From Planctomycetota bacterium (GTDB taxonomy: Bacteria > Planctomycetota > UBA1135 > UBA2386), in contig JBKAGP010000001.1 of the NCBI GenBank assembly GCA_046290465.1, positions 1,696,001 to 1,760,000 on the forward strand: DNA of 64,000 bases, in the 5' to 3' direction. Under the pieces are notes generated by a model, which saw only the letters and a list, made by a program, of their open reading frames with translations, did not search any database and was not told the origin of the DNA. Positions 32,398 through 43,356 of the stretch are shown one piece after another (position 1 is the first letter of the stretch; each line of letters begins with the position of its first letter). The translations under genes were made by a program, and so were the position numbers.

Positions 32398-33248
32398 TGT
32401 CGCTGCAAGGACTCGAATCCCTCGAGCGCCGCGCCGCGTTCGGCGGCACGCAGCTGGTCTACGCGCACGACAGCGAGACGCTCGGCTGCCGGATGCAGTT
32501 CGCGGTGTTCCTGCCGCCCGGCGTCGAGCCGGGAGCGGCCTGCGATGCGCCGGCGCTGTTCTTCCTGTCGGGGCTGACCTGCACCGAACAGAACGTGATC
32601 CAGAAGTCCGGTCTGCAGCGCGCCTGCGCCGAACACGGCCTGGTGCTGGTATGTCCGGACACCTCGCCGCGCGGCGACGACGTCGCTGACGACGACGGCT
32701 GGGACCTCGGCCAGGGAGCCGGGTTCTACCTGACGGCGACGCAGCAGCCGTGGAGCAAGCACTACCGCATGGACCGCTACGTGACCGACGAACTGGTCGA
32801 GGTCGTGCGGCAGTTCACGCGCAGCGACGCGCTCGGCGTCACCGGCCACTCGATGGGCGGCATGGGCGCGATCCGGCTGGCGCTGGCCAACCCCGGCCGC
32901 TTCGGCAGCGTGTCGGCGTTTGCGCCGATCCTGCAGCCGCTCGACGTCCCGTGGGGACACAAGGCGTTCGCCGCCTATCTCGGCGACGACCGCGACGCAT
33001 GGGCGAAGCACGATCCGGCCTCGCTGATCGCGGCCGCGCCCGAACGGCTGCCGCTGCTGATCGACCAGGGCGACGCCGACACGTTCTACCCGGCCCAGCT
33101 GGTCGCCGAGCGCTTCCTGGCCGCGTGCAAACAGCACGACCACCCGGTCACCTACCGGCTGCAGCCCGGCTACGACCACAGCTACTACTTCGTGGCGACG
33201 TTCGCCGCCGACCACGTCGCGCACCACGCGGCCGTGCTGCTCCCCTGA
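32397..33248 (+). CDS. fghA: S-formylglutathione hydrolase (283 aa)
   Basis: TGATG coupling to frmA; LSGLTC, PDTSPRG, GHSMGG, GYDHSYYF. Confidence 0.93.
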
Positions 33249-33252
33249 CTCG

Positions 33253-33312
33253 ACGGACTCTGGCTACACGGACTCTGGCTACACGGACTCTGGCTACACG
33301 GACCCTGGGTTC
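33253..33312. repeat. 15-nt tandem repeat acggactctggctac x3 perfect + 1 degenerate
   Basis: Read directly; lies between convergent genes. Confidence 0.9.
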
Positions 33313-33350
33313 CCGGTTCCCGCGGCGCTGCTGCCGCAGCCCCGCCGCAC

Positions 33351-34151
33351 TCAGGTCGCGAACATCAAGAACCGCATGACCTCGAACATCGACGGCGCGA
33401 CCAGCTGCACGCAGGTCGGCTCGACCAGCTCGGCGCCGGGGTAGAACGACTTGCGGTAGGCCATCGCCTGGTCCCGGTAGCGAACGCGCACCTCGGGCTT
33501 TGCAGGAGGCGTCAACCGGCACGCGCCGAGGTCGCCGGCGAGCGCGCGCCCGACCGCGTCGGCGAGCTGGCGGTCGACCTCGTCCGGGTGCACCGACATC
33601 GTCGACGCGCCGAACCCGCGCAGCGTCTCGACCGTGGCGATCGCGCCATTGGTCTCGCGCACCTCGGCACACAGGCCCGCGTCGCCCGCGACCAGCGCGA
33701 CCGGCACACCCAGCTCGGCCGCGAACAGCGCGTGCAGCCGGAACTCCGAACAGCGCACGCCGTCCAGCCGCACTTCGGCGAGGCTCTGCGACGACAGCGT
33801 GTGCGCGAGCGGGTTGTCGCCGGCAGCCGCGGGGCCGTGCCAGCCGACCAGCAGGATCGCGTCGAAGCCCGCGTCGAGTTCCTGCAGCATGCAGCTCGGG
33901 TGCCCGCTCCAGCCGCGGATCAACGACGCCGGCGACGGCAGGTCCTCGGGACGCAGGTTGCGGCCGGTGCCGTGCGCGTCCTTGACCACCAGCCGACGGG
34001 CGCCGGCGCGCAGGGCCGCCTCGCAGGCGACCGCGGCCTCGCGCGCCATCCGGTCGCGGAAGGGCGGATGGTCCGGATGTTCCTTGCGGGCCTCTTCCCA
34101 CGCCGCGATCCCGGCGATTCCCTCGATGTCGACGCTGACGTAGACGTCCAT
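33351..34151 (-). CDS. M55 family D-aminopeptidase (266 aa)
   Basis: ATG 34151; YVSVDIEG, DAHG, GWHG, LAHT, VAGD. Confidence 0.9.
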   Translation of the reverse strand: MDVYVSVDIEGIAGIAAWEEARKEHPDHPPFRDRMAREAAVACEAALRAGARRLVVKDAHGTGRNLRPEDLPSPASLIRGWSGHPSCMLQELDAGFDAILLVGWHGPAAAGDNPLAHTLSSQSLAEVRLDGVRCSEFRLHALFAAELGVPVALVAGDAGLCAEVRETNGAIATVETLRGFGASTMSVHPDEVDRQLADAVGRALAGDLGACRLTPPAKPEVRVRYRDQAMAYRKSFYPGAELVEPTCVQLVAPSMFEVMRFLMFAT

Positions 34152-34332
34152 GCGGCCATCATCGCGGCTCGGCGCCGTCGCGTCGACGGCAACGGCGATG
34201 CGACGGCGCCGAGCGCCGGGCAGATCGCGTGCGCCATGGGTGCGATCCCCGAGCACTGGCGAACGGTCACCACGGCCCGACCGCGGGAAAGTCCGGTAGG
34301 GAAGCCGTTGTCCGCAGGACGATCAGGACTTC

Positions 34333-35487
34333 ATGCCCGCAACCCGGACGCAGACTTCGATCCCGGTCGCCACGATCGCGACCCGCGACGCCGAAGAGGC
34401 CGCCGACGCGCTGCTCGCGCAGCTCGGCCCGGGGCCGCACGCCGCGGTGATGGTGTTCGCCTCGCCGACGATCGACCGACCTGCGCTCGCGGCCGCGATG
34501 CAGGCGCGCTTCGAGGACACGCCGGTGCTCGGCGCCACCACCGCCGGCGAGATCGGCCTCGGCGGCCTGCGCGACGGCTGCGTCACCGCGGCGGCCCTGC
34601 CGACCGACCACTTTCGGGTCGCGTGGACCGTCATCGAGGACCTGCGCGCCGCCCCCGTCGAACAGGGCCGCAGCGCCGCCCACGAGGTGCTGCAGCAGCT
34701 GTCCGACACCGGCCCGGCGCCGACGGTGCGCGACAGCATCGCGCTGCTGCTGGTCGACGGCCTGTCGGTCGCCGAGGAGCGCCTGGCGAGCACGCTGTTC
34801 AACGAACTCGGCGACATCCGGCTGGTCGGCGGCTCGGCCGGTGACGGCCTCGAGTTCGGTTCGACGGCCGTGTTCGCCGACGGTCGCGCCCACGACCACG
34901 GCGCCGTGGTCGCGCTGCTGCAGACCGACCTGCCGTTCACCGACTTCCGCACCCAGAACTTCGTGCCGAGCGAACGCCGCATGGTGGTGACCTCGGCCGA
35001 CGCGGCCCGCCGCGTCGTGCACGAACTGGACGGCGAGCCCGCCGCAGCCTACCTGGCGGCATCGCTCAGCATGTCGGTCGACGACCTCGGCCCGGCGGTG
35101 TTCGCAATCCACCCGGTCGTCGTCCGCATCGGCGGCTGCGAGTACGTGCGATCGATCCAGAAGGTCGAGGACGACGGCAGCCTGACGTTCTACTGTGCGA
35201 TCGAAGAGGGCGTGGTGCTGCGCGACGCCGACGCGGTCGGCATCGTCGACAACCTCGAGGCGGCGCTCGCCGACGTGCGCCAGCAGGTCGGCGAGCCGCA
35301 GCTGACGATCGCCTTCGACTGCATCCAGCGACGGCTGGCGTGCATCCGCGAGGACACGGTCGCGCCGGTCGGCGCGGCGCTCGAGCGGGCGCGCAGCATC
35401 GGCTTCTCGACCTACGGGGAGCAGTTCGGCGGCATGCACGTCAACCAGACCCTGACCGGGGTCGCGTTCGGCTTCCCGCGCGACTGA
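34333..35487 (+). CDS. nosP: FIST-domain sensor, NosP-like (384 aa)
   Basis: [43 protein letters not shown]...HVNQTLTG. Confidence 0.85.
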   Translation: MPATRTQTSIPVATIATRDAEEAADALLAQLGPGPHAAVMVFASPTIDRPALAAAMQARFEDTPVLGATTAGEIGLGGLRDGCVTAAALPTDHFRVAWTVIEDLRAAPVEQGRSAAHEVLQQLSDTGPAPTVRDSIALLLVDGLSVAEERLASTLFNELGDIRLVGGSAGDGLEFGSTAVFADGRAHDHGAVVALLQTDLPFTDFRTQNFVPSERRMVVTSADAARRVVHELDGEPAAAYLAASLSMSVDDLGPAVFAIHPVVVRIGGCEYVRSIQKVEDDGSLTFYCAIEEGVVLRDADAVGIVDNLEAALADVRQQVGEPQLTIAFDCIQRRLACIREDTVAPVGAALERARSIGFSTYGEQFGGMHVNQTLTGVAFGFPRD

Positions 35488-36854
35488 TGACCGACCCGGC
35501 GGATCGCGACGAGCTCGAACGGCTGGCCAAGGAGAACGCCAGGCTGACGCGCATCAACGACGTGTTGATGCAGCGCGTCGAGCAGTCCATGGACGCGAGC
35601 AGCAGCTCGTTCGCCGTGTTCGAGAACGCGATCCTGCTCGAGCGTCAGGTCAAGGCCCGCACCCAGGAGCTGGCGGAAGCGCTCGGGGCGCTGCAGAACA
35701 CCAACCGCGAGCTCGAGGACGCCAAGCAGCAGGCCGACGCGGGCAACCAGGCGAAGAGCGAGTTCCTGGCGATGATGAGCCACGAGATCCGGACGCCGCT
35801 CAACGGCATCCTCGGTCTCGGCGAACTGCTCCAGCACACCCAGCTCGACCACGAACAGCAGGACCTCGTCGACGGCATCGCGCGCAGCGCCGAAGCGTTG
35901 CTGGCAATCCTAAACGACGTGCTCGACCTGTCGAAGATCGAGGCCGGCCGGCTCGTGCTCGACCCGCGGCCGTTCGATCTGGACGGCATGCTCGACGACG
36001 TGCGCATGCTGTTCGACGGCGCCTGCATGCAGAAGGCCCTGCGCATGCGCACCGACGTCGGCGACGACGTCCCTCGCCAGCTGCTCGCCGACGGCATGCG
36101 GCTGCGCCAGGTGCTCGTCAACCTGGTCGGCAACGCAGTCAAGTTCACCGAGCGCGGCGGCATCGCGGTCGCGGTGCGCTGCGGCGACGCTCCGGGCGAG
36201 GTGCGGTTCACGGTCGAGGACACCGGGATCGGCATCGCGCCGCACCAGCAGGCCAAGCTGTTCCAACCGTTCAGCCAGGCGGACCTGTCGACCGCGCGCC
36301 GCTACGGCGGCACCGGCCTCGGCCTGACGATCAGCCGGCGCCTGTGCCGGATGATGGGCGGCGACCTGACCGTCGACAGCGAACCCGGTCACGGCTCGCG
36401 GTTCACGTTCTCGATCCACGCCGAAGCGGCCGCGACCGACGCGACCCGACCGGACCCGCGCCGCGAACGGCCGCGCTTCTGCGGCCGCGTGCTGGTCGTC
36501 GACGACAACCCGGTCAACCTCAAGGTCGCGACGCACATGGTCGAGCGCCTCGGCTGCGTGGCCGCCCGCGCCGAGAACGGCCAGCAGGCCCTGGATCGCT
36601 GCGCGGCCGAGCGCTTCGACCTCGTGCTGATGGACATGCAGATGCCGGAGATGGACGGCATCGAGGCGACCGAGCGCCTGCGCGCGCGCGGCGACGCGTT
36701 CGCCGTGGTCGCGCTGACCGCCAACGCGATGCCCGGGGACCGCGAACGGTGCCTGGCGGCCGGCATGAACGGCTACATCAGCAAGCCGCTGCGGATCGAC
36801 GACCTCGAAGGCTGCCTGCGCGACTACCTGGAGATCGTCGCCGACGCCGGCTGA
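35487..36854 (+). CDS. Hybrid histidine kinase/receiver with NahK-like N-terminal coiled coil (455 aa)
   Basis: TGATG coupling to the FIST gene; [41 protein letters not shown]. Confidence 0.9.
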   Translation: MTDPADRDELERLAKENARLTRINDVLMQRVEQSMDASSSSFAVFENAILLERQVKARTQELAEALGALQNTNRELEDAKQQADAGNQAKSEFLAMMSHEIRTPLNGILGLGELLQHTQLDHEQQDLVDGIARSAEALLAILNDVLDLSKIEAGRLVLDPRPFDLDGMLDDVRMLFDGACMQKALRMRTDVGDDVPRQLLADGMRLRQVLVNLVGNAVKFTERGGIAVAVRCGDAPGEVRFTVEDTGIGIAPHQQAKLFQPFSQADLSTARRYGGTGLGLTISRRLCRMMGGDLTVDSEPGHGSRFTFSIHAEAAATDATRPDPRRERPRFCGRVLVVDDNPVNLKVATHMVERLGCVAARAENGQQALDRCAAERFDLVLMDMQMPEMDGIEATERLRARGDAFAVVALTANAMPGDRERCLAAGMNGYISKPLRIDDLEGCLRDYLEIVADAG

Positions 36855-36935
36855 CGGCGTTCGCCCTTGCCGCCCCGGCCGGGCTTCTGCAGACTGAACG
36901 GGTCGCCCGGCGCCCGGCGGGCGATGAGGTGGCCG

Positions 36936-39014
36936 ATGCCGACCCGATCGAGAGAGGAACTGCTGCAGCTGCACGCGACGATCCTGCGCGATCTGTCGCG
37001 CCGTGGCCTTTGGCACCGCGGTGACCGTCGCGAGGCGTTCGCGCAGTTGTGCGAGGTGGCCGCGACCACGCTCGACGTCGAACGCGTCAGCATCTGGCTC
37101 TACGACGAGTCGCGCTCGTCGATCGTCTGCGCCGAGCTGTACGAACGCAGCCTCGACCGCCACTCCGCCGGTGCGGTGCTGGCGCGCGCCGACTTCCCGG
37201 CCTACTTCGAAGCGCTCGAGGACGAGCGTTCGATCGCGGCGCACGACGCCGCCCGCGATCCGCGCACCTGTGAGTTCGCCGACTCCTACCTGGCTCCGCT
37301 CGGCATCACGTCGATGCTCGACGCGCCGATCCAGACCGGCGGCCGCAGCGTCGGCGTCGTCTGCCACGAGCACGTCGGGCCGGAGCGGACCTGGTCGCAC
37401 GAGGAGGAGTCGTTCGCGGCGTCGCTCGGCGACTTCGCAGCGCTGACGCTCGAGGCCGAACAGCGGCGCCTGGTCGAAGCACGGCTGCGCGAGAGCAACC
37501 TCGAACTGCGGCTCGCGCTGCAGGCCGCGTCGATGGGGATCTGGAGCTGGGATCTCGCGTCCGACCTGGTGCAGGTGTCCGACGAGACCGCGCGGCTGTT
37601 CGGTCGCGGCGACAACTGGCAGCCGGACAGCCTCGACGCGTTCGTCGAACTGGCGCATCCCGAGGATCGTGCGCCGCTGCGCGAGACGCTGCGTCGCGCC
37701 GTCGCCACGCCGCGCCAGCCGCGCGACCTGCAGTTCCGGATCGCGCTGCCGAGCGGCGACCACCGCTGGGTCGAGCTGCGCGGCCAGGCCGAGGTCGACG
37801 CGAATGGTCGCACCAACCGCATCCTCGGCACCGTCGGGGACCGCACCGAGCAGCGCGAACTCGAGGCGCAGCTGTTCCACGCCCAGAAGATGGAGGGCAT
37901 CGGGCACCTGGCCGGCGGCATCGCGCACGACTTCAACAACCTGCTGCTGGTCATCATGGGGTTCGCCGACCTGCTCGACAGCCACGGGGACCGGCGCGAG
38001 GACCGGCAGGAGTCGGTGCGCGCGATCCAGGACGCCAGCTCGCGGGCGGCGGGGCTGACGCGACAACTGCTGTCGTTCGCGCGCCGACAACCGGTGCAGA
38101 GCGAACCGGTCGACGTCGCCGCGCTGATCGCAGGCATGTCCGAACTGCTGCAGCGGCTGCTCGGCGAGACGATCCAGCTGCGCATCCGTTCGTCGACCTC
38201 GGCGACGACCCGGGCCGACGCGACCCAGCTCGAGCAGGTCGTCGTCAACCTGTGCGTCAACGCCCGCGACGCGCTGCCGGACGGCGGCCACATCACGATC
38301 TCGGTGGACGAGGTCGACCACGTGCCCGGAGCCGCCGACGGCTGCGGGCCCGACGAGGCGGGAGCACCGGGACGGCACCTGCACCTCACCGTCGTCGACG
38401 ACGGCGTCGGCATCGCCGAGGACGTGCTGCCGAACGTGTTCGACCCGTTCTTCACGACCAAGGGGATCGGCAAGGGCACCGGGCTCGGGCTCGCCACCTG
38501 CTACGGCATCGTGCACCAGTCCGACGGCGACATCCGCATCGACAGCGAGGTCTCGGTCGGCACCACGGTGCACGTCTACCTGCCGATCTCGACGTCCGCG
38601 CGGCTGCCCGAACGTGCAGGTCGCGCCGGCGCTGCCACCGCGCGAGGCGGCGAGACGGTGCTGGTCGTCGAGGACGAGGACCTGGTGCTGCGCCTGATGG
38701 AGTCGGTGCTCGGCGGCGCCGGCTACGAAGTGCTGACCGCCAGGAGCGCGGCCGATGCGCTGCAGGTGCTCGCTGCGCGGGAGCGCGACGTGCAGATGCT
38801 GGTCTCGGACGTGGTGCTGCCCGACCGCACCGGCATCGACCTCGCCGAGCAGATCCGCCGGCGCCGCCCGGGCTTGCCGGCGCTGTTCGTCTCGGGCTAC
38901 GCGCACCAGCACCTGCGCACGCGCGACGAGTTCCTGCCCAAGCCGTTCTTGCCGGCGCAGCTGTTGCGCGCGGTCCGCAGCGTGCTCGATCGCGCGCCCG
39001 GAGAGGCGACCTGA
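36936..39014 (+). CDS. GAF-PAS hybrid histidine kinase with receiver (~692 aa)
   Basis: GAF (ITSMLDAPI), PAS (HPEDR), GGIAHDFNN, FDPFFTTKG, GTGLGL, REC VEDE; start uncertain. Confidence 0.88.
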   Translation: MPTRSREELLQLHATILRDLSRRGLWHRGDRREAFAQLCEVAATTLDVERVSIWLYDESRSSIVCAELYERSLDRHSAGAVLARADFPAYFEALEDERSIAAHDAARDPRTCEFADSYLAPLGITSMLDAPIQTGGRSVGVVCHEHVGPERTWSHEEESFAASLGDFAALTLEAEQRRLVEARLRESNLELRLALQAASMGIWSWDLASDLVQVSDETARLFGRGDNWQPDSLDAFVELAHPEDRAPLRETLRRAVATPRQPRDLQFRIALPSGDHRWVELRGQAEVDANGRTNRILGTVGDRTEQRELEAQLFHAQKMEGIGHLAGGIAHDFNNLLLVIMGFADLLDSHGDRREDRQESVRAIQDASSRAAGLTRQLLSFARRQPVQSEPVDVAALIAGMSELLQRLLGETIQLRIRSSTSATTRADATQLEQVVVNLCVNARDALPDGGHITISVDEVDHVPGAADGCGPDEAGAPGRHLHLTVVDDGVGIAEDVLPNVFDPFFTTKGIGKGTGLGLATCYGIVHQSDGDIRIDSEVSVGTTVHVYLPISTSARLPERAGRAGAATARGGETVLVVEDEDLVLRLMESVLGGAGYEVLTARSAADALQVLAARERDVQMLVSDVVLPDRTGIDLAEQIRRRRPGLPALFVSGYAHQHLRTRDEFLPKPFLPAQLLRAVRSVLDRAPGEAT

Positions 39015-39063
39015 CGACCGGCTGCCTGGCGAACGGCTACCTGGCGAACGGCTACTTGACGAC
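39004..39063. repeat. 15-nt period repeat x4 (cggctacctggcgaa-like)
   Basis: Units aggcgacctgacgac, cggctgcctggcgaa, cggctacctggcgaa, cggctacttgacgac spanning both convergent stops. Confidence 0.7.
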
Positions 39064-39951
39064 CTGCGTGCGCGCCGCGACGACGTGGAACGGCAGCGCG
39101 TCCGGCGGTTCGAGTCCGAGCTGGCGGTTGATCGCCCACAGGTGGTGGTCGACGCCGATCTCCGAACGCGGCACGAACCCCGGCACCGAGATCACCTGCA
39201 CCAGCGCGCCACCGAGGCCGCGGTGCATCGTGCCACGCGGCAGGTAGACCAGATCGCCAACGTGCAACTCGCGCGACTGCAGCAGGGTGCGGGCCTGCTC
39301 CCTGGTCACCGAGCGCGATTCGATCGCCGCGACGTCTTGCGACGTCAGCAGCCGGGCGCCCGCCGGCGCCTGCTGCACCAGGTAGAACTCGTCGAAGCCG
39401 CCGTCGACCGGGTGGTAGTGCGAGAAGCTGTCGGTGATGCGCACGCGGTGCGCGTTGAGCTGGTGCAGGATGTACGGGCCGACCTCGGGCTGCCACGTCA
39501 GCAGGATGCGGCGGTAGGCGTCGCCTTCGGTCGCGCAGCCGCCGGGCGTGTCGGTGATGCGCGGGTCCCAGTCCGGACGCACGGTCGCCGGCAGGTCCGC
39601 GGGCAGCGGCGCGGGCAGCGTGAACGCGACCAGGTCGACGGCGCCGTCGCCGTCGAGCCGCCAGGCCTCCCCGGCGCGCACCAGCAGCACGTCGCCGACG
39701 GTCGGCGCCTCGCTGCGCGCCGCCGGTCCCTGCACGAACACGACGCGGTCCCGTTCGGCCGGCGGCAGCTGGCGACAGGCGCCGTGGAACGCCAGGTCGT
39801 AGCCGGGATTGTTGGCCGCGAACGCCGCACGCAGGGCCTCGAACGCGGCCGGGTCGCCCACCTGGGCGTGACGGATCTCGGTGCCGCGCGCCGCCTGGCA
39901 GCCACACGCGAACCACAGCAACAACGACGGTACGAGCGGGAGCAGGCGCAT
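39052..39951 (-). CDS. Exported cupin-fold protein (299 aa)
   Basis: Lipoprotein-like signal (FACGC); cupin motifs SHYHP...DEFYLV and GDLVYLPRGTMHR. Confidence 0.65.
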   Translation of the reverse strand: MRLLPLVPSLLLWFACGCQAARGTEIRHAQVGDPAAFEALRAAFAANNPGYDLAFHGACRQLPPAERDRVVFVQGPAARSEAPTVGDVLLVRAGEAWRLDGDGAVDLVAFTLPAPLPADLPATVRPDWDPRITDTPGGCATEGDAYRRILLTWQPEVGPYILHQLNAHRVRITDSFSHYHPVDGGFDEFYLVQQAPAGARLLTSQDVAAIESRSVTREQARTLLQSRELHVGDLVYLPRGTMHRGLGGALVQVISVPGFVPRSEIGVDHHLWAINRQLGLEPPDALPFHVVAARTQVVK

Positions 39952-40014
39952 GAGGATTGGCAGCGAGGCGACAGGCGATACCCTAGCGCGACCTCGTCCC
40001 CCCAAGGAGCAAGC

Positions 40015-41520
40015 ATGCCCAACTTCTCACGTCGCCGCTTCCTGCAGGGCAGCGGCGCCACCGCGCTGACGCTCGGCGTCGCCCCCGCCGCAAGCCCGCT
40101 GAGCCACCCGGCATTCCTGCGCAATCCCGTCTGGCAGCCCAACAACGAACTGCGCGTCGCGTGCGTCGGCATCCGCAGCCGCGGCACCTCGCACATCGGT
40201 GGCCTCAACCGACTGCAGGACGTCAAGGTCGTCGCGCTGGTCGACGTCGATCGCAACGTGCTGGCCCGCGAGAAGAAGAAGCTCGCCGACGGCAAGTACG
40301 GCGACAAGGTCGAGGCCGACACCTACACCGACCTGCGCCGCGTGCTCGATCGCGACGACATCGATGCGATCAGCGTCGCGTCGCCCAACCACTGGCACGC
40401 GCTGCAGGCGGTCTGGGCCTGCCAGGCCGGCAAGGACGTCTACCTCGAGAAGCCGGTCAGCCACAACGTCTGGGAAGGTGGCCAGATCGTGAAGGCGGCG
40501 CGCAAGTACGGCAGAATCGTGCAGACCGGCACGCAGTGCCGTTCGAGCCAGGGCATCGCCGACGGCATCGCGTTCATCCAGGCCGGCAAGCTCGGCGAGA
40601 TCGAGCTGGCGCGCGGCCTCTGCTACAAGCCGCGCAGCAGCATCGGCAAGGTCTCCGGCGCGCAGACCGTTCCCGAGCACATCGACTACGATATGTGGCT
40701 CGGCCCGGCGCCGAACGTGCCGCTGATGCGCAAGAGCCTGCACTACGACTGGCACTGGGTCTTCGACACCGGCAACGGCGACGTCGGCAACCAGGGCATC
40801 CACCAGATGGACCTGGCGCGCTGGGCGCTCGGGCAGGACAAGCTGCCCGCGCACACGCTGAGCATCGGCGGCCGCGTCGGCTACGACGACGACGGCAACA
40901 CGCCCAACACCCAGATCGTGTTCCACGAGTTCGAGCAGGGCCCGCCGCTGTTGTTCGAGGTCCGCGGCCTGCCGCGCGACAAGGCCTCGCAGCAGAAGGG
41001 CTGGGGCAAGAACATGGACGACTACAAGGGCGCGCGCATCGGGGTCATCGTGCACTGCGAGGGCGGCTACCTGCGCATCCCCAACTACTCGACCGCGATC
41101 GCGCTCGACAAGGACGGCAAGGAGATCCAGAAGTGGCGCGGCAGCAGCAACCACTTCGCCAACTTCGTCGACGCGGTGCGCAGTCGCCGGACGGAGGACC
41201 TGAAGGCCGACATCCGCGAGGGCCACGTGTCGAGCGCGATGTGCCACATGGGCAACGTCTCGCACCTGCTCGGCAAGACCCACAGCAAGCAGGAGCTCGA
41301 CGCGATGGCGGGCAGGAACCGGTGGACGGCGGAGGCTTGGGAGCGCATGCACGCGCACCTGGTCAAGAACGGCGTCGACGTCGACACCGTCGAGGGCGGT
41401 GTGCGCATGGGCCCGCGGCTGACGATGGACCCCGACACCGAACGGTTCGCCGACGCGGCGTCCAACGAGCTGTTGGCGCGCAACTACCGCAAGGGCTTCG
41501 AGGTCCCGGAGAAGGTCTGA
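40015..41520 (+). CDS. Tat-exported Gfo/Idh/MocA oxidoreductase (501 aa)
   Basis: AAGGAG RBS; SRRRFL Tat motif; PNHWHA, KDVYLEKPV, GNQGIHQMD. Confidence 0.9.
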   Translation: MPNFSRRRFLQGSGATALTLGVAPAASPLSHPAFLRNPVWQPNNELRVACVGIRSRGTSHIGGLNRLQDVKVVALVDVDRNVLAREKKKLADGKYGDKVEADTYTDLRRVLDRDDIDAISVASPNHWHALQAVWACQAGKDVYLEKPVSHNVWEGGQIVKAARKYGRIVQTGTQCRSSQGIADGIAFIQAGKLGEIELARGLCYKPRSSIGKVSGAQTVPEHIDYDMWLGPAPNVPLMRKSLHYDWHWVFDTGNGDVGNQGIHQMDLARWALGQDKLPAHTLSIGGRVGYDDDGNTPNTQIVFHEFEQGPPLLFEVRGLPRDKASQQKGWGKNMDDYKGARIGVIVHCEGGYLRIPNYSTAIALDKDGKEIQKWRGSSNHFANFVDAVRSRRTEDLKADIREGHVSSAMCHMGNVSHLLGKTHSKQELDAMAGRNRWTAEAWERMHAHLVKNGVDVDTVEGGVRMGPRLTMDPDTERFADAASNELLARNYRKGFEVPEKV

Positions 41521-42239
41521 TGCGGCGTTCGTCGCTGCTGGCCCTGATGGCCCTGCTGTTGGCCCCGCTGCCGGCGACCGTGCTGGCCGGCTGCTCGCTG
41601 TTGGGCGACGACGGCTACGACGTGGTGTTCGAGCAGCGCTGCGCCGACGCGACGTGCCTGCACGCGTTCGTTCGCAGCGACGACGGCAAGTGGCGCATGC
41701 ATGACGGCGAGCACGCGCCGGCGATGGAGCTGCTCGGCAAGTCGGACTACCGGCCGCCCCACCGTTCGCCGCACAGCATCGCGTTGATCGAGGGCATCGA
41801 GGTCGCCGACTTCGACCTCGACGTCGACCTGCTGCAGACGGGCCGCAACTACGGCCACCGCGACCTGTGCCTGTTCTTCGGCTTCCAGTCGGACCGCCGC
41901 TTCTACTACACGCACCTGGCGACCAAACCCGACCCGAACGCGCACAACGTGTTCGTCGTCGACGATGCGCCGCGCAAGAACCTGATCGAGCCGCCGGCCG
42001 CGGGCATCGATTGGGGGCGCGACGTCTGGCACCACGTGCGCGTCGAGCGCCGCATCGCCGACGGCACCATCAAGGTCTACTGGGACCGCCAGCGAGAGCC
42101 GGTGCTGGTCGCCACCGACTCGACGTTCGACTGGGGCCGCGTCGGCTTCGGCTCGTTCGACGACTCGGGCCTGGTGCGCAACATCGTGCTGCGCGCGCCG
42201 CGCTACCGCTTCGCCGAGGGCAACCCGTTCTCGAGGTGA
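41520..42239 (+). CDS. Lipoprotein with concanavalin/DUF1080-like beta-sandwich (239 aa)
   Basis: TGATG coupling; LAGC lipobox; WHHVRVER, GRVGFGSFDD. Confidence 0.6.
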   Translation: MRRSSLLALMALLLAPLPATVLAGCSLLGDDGYDVVFEQRCADATCLHAFVRSDDGKWRMHDGEHAPAMELLGKSDYRPPHRSPHSIALIEGIEVADFDLDVDLLQTGRNYGHRDLCLFFGFQSDRRFYYTHLATKPDPNAHNVFVVDDAPRKNLIEPPAAGIDWGRDVWHHVRVERRIADGTIKVYWDRQREPVLVATDSTFDWGRVGFGSFDDSGLVRNIVLRAPRYRFAEGNPFSR

Positions 42240-42328
42240 ACGGCGACCGACGCCGGATCGCGCTCGACAAGGCCCACGACTCGACAGGGCCTGCTACCGG
42301 TCGGATAGGCCTGCTACCAGAACCAACC

Positions 42329-43267
42329 TCACGAACCCTGGCGCTTGGACCAGGTTTGCCAGGATTGGTCGAGGCGTTCGGGGGTCCAGAGGCCGGCGTG
42401 CACGAGGATGCGGTAGCGCAGGGTCAGTTCTTCGCCCGGCTGGAGGACCAGGTCGCCGGTGCCCTTCGGCTTCTTCTCGAAGTCGTGCACGCCGAACGGA
42501 TTGGCGGCCACCAGGCCGTAGCTGCGGGCGTGCCACCAGGTCGGGTGGCGCAGGTTGTCCGGGTGGTCGAAGATCGCGATGCCGACGTCCTTGCCGTCGA
42601 CCGGGCCGGAGTCGTCGACCCAGCGCGCGCGCTGGCCCCAGACCGGCTTGCCGGTGACGCCCTCGCTGTTGCGCAGCGTGCCCTTGGCGACCTTGCCGTC
42701 GACGCGCAGCTGCGGATGCACGCGCAGCGCGAACGTGCCCTCCTTGGTGTCGCCGAACGTCACCGCGCCGTCGGTGGCCTTCAACGTGATCGTGGCGTCG
42801 ATCGTGCGGTGGTCGCCGTGGTCCTCGAAGCGCAGCTGCCGCGACTCGCGCAGCACCACGGTGGCGTCGTCGACCTCCCAGCGGTAGTCGCTGTGCACCA
42901 CCGCGAACGGGTCGTGGCCGACGCGCGCGTAGGTGGCCTCGTGCACGATGCGCTCGCGGTGCCCCTTGCCGTGCCAGAAGTCGAAGCCGTTGACGTTGCC
43001 GTGCGCGAACCACAGCGACTGGTGGTGCGGATGGTCGTGCTGCTCGCCGTCGCGCTCGCCCATCGGGTGGTTGCGCGTCACGGCGCGGTCGCCCGGCGCA
43101 TGGATCGGCCAGACGAACGGGCGCGGCTGCGCCTCGTTGTGCACGGTGGCGAACACGGCGCCATCGCTGAGGATCGTGATGGCGTCGTCGTCGATACGCA
43201 TCGACAGCGACGGACCGCTGCACGCCGCGACGAGAACGAGACAACTGGCTGCCAGCGTGCGCTTCAT
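42329..43267 (-). CDS. DUF6807 (PmoA-named family) lipoprotein (312 aa)
   Basis: VAAC lipobox; DHPHHQSLWF, FGDTKEG, FDHPDN, WHARSYGL, LRYRILVH. Confidence 0.75.
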   Translation of the reverse strand: MKRTLAASCLVLVAACSGPSLSMRIDDDAITILSDGAVFATVHNEAQPRPFVWPIHAPGDRAVTRNHPMGERDGEQHDHPHHQSLWFAHGNVNGFDFWHGKGHRERIVHEATYARVGHDPFAVVHSDYRWEVDDATVVLRESRQLRFEDHGDHRTIDATITLKATDGAVTFGDTKEGTFALRVHPQLRVDGKVAKGTLRNSEGVTGKPVWGQRARWVDDSGPVDGKDVGIAIFDHPDNLRHPTWWHARSYGLVAANPFGVHDFEKKPKGTGDLVLQPGEELTLRYRILVHAGLWTPERLDQSWQTWSKRQGS

Positions 43268-43356
43268 GAGGATCCGCAGAGTCTGCATGCTGGCCCTGGG
43301 CACGTCGAGTGCATTGCATAGACTCGGTCCCGCACGCCCTCCCTCCGGAGCCATCC

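Noticed and set aside
33253..33312. Mini-CRISPR or coding repeat
   Set aside because: Head-to-tail 15-mers without spacers, located between two stop codons.
42329..43267. Particulate methane monooxygenase subunit
   Set aside because: The family name is misleading. This is a soluble lipoprotein without the multiple TM helices of true PmoA, and there is no pmoB or pmoC.
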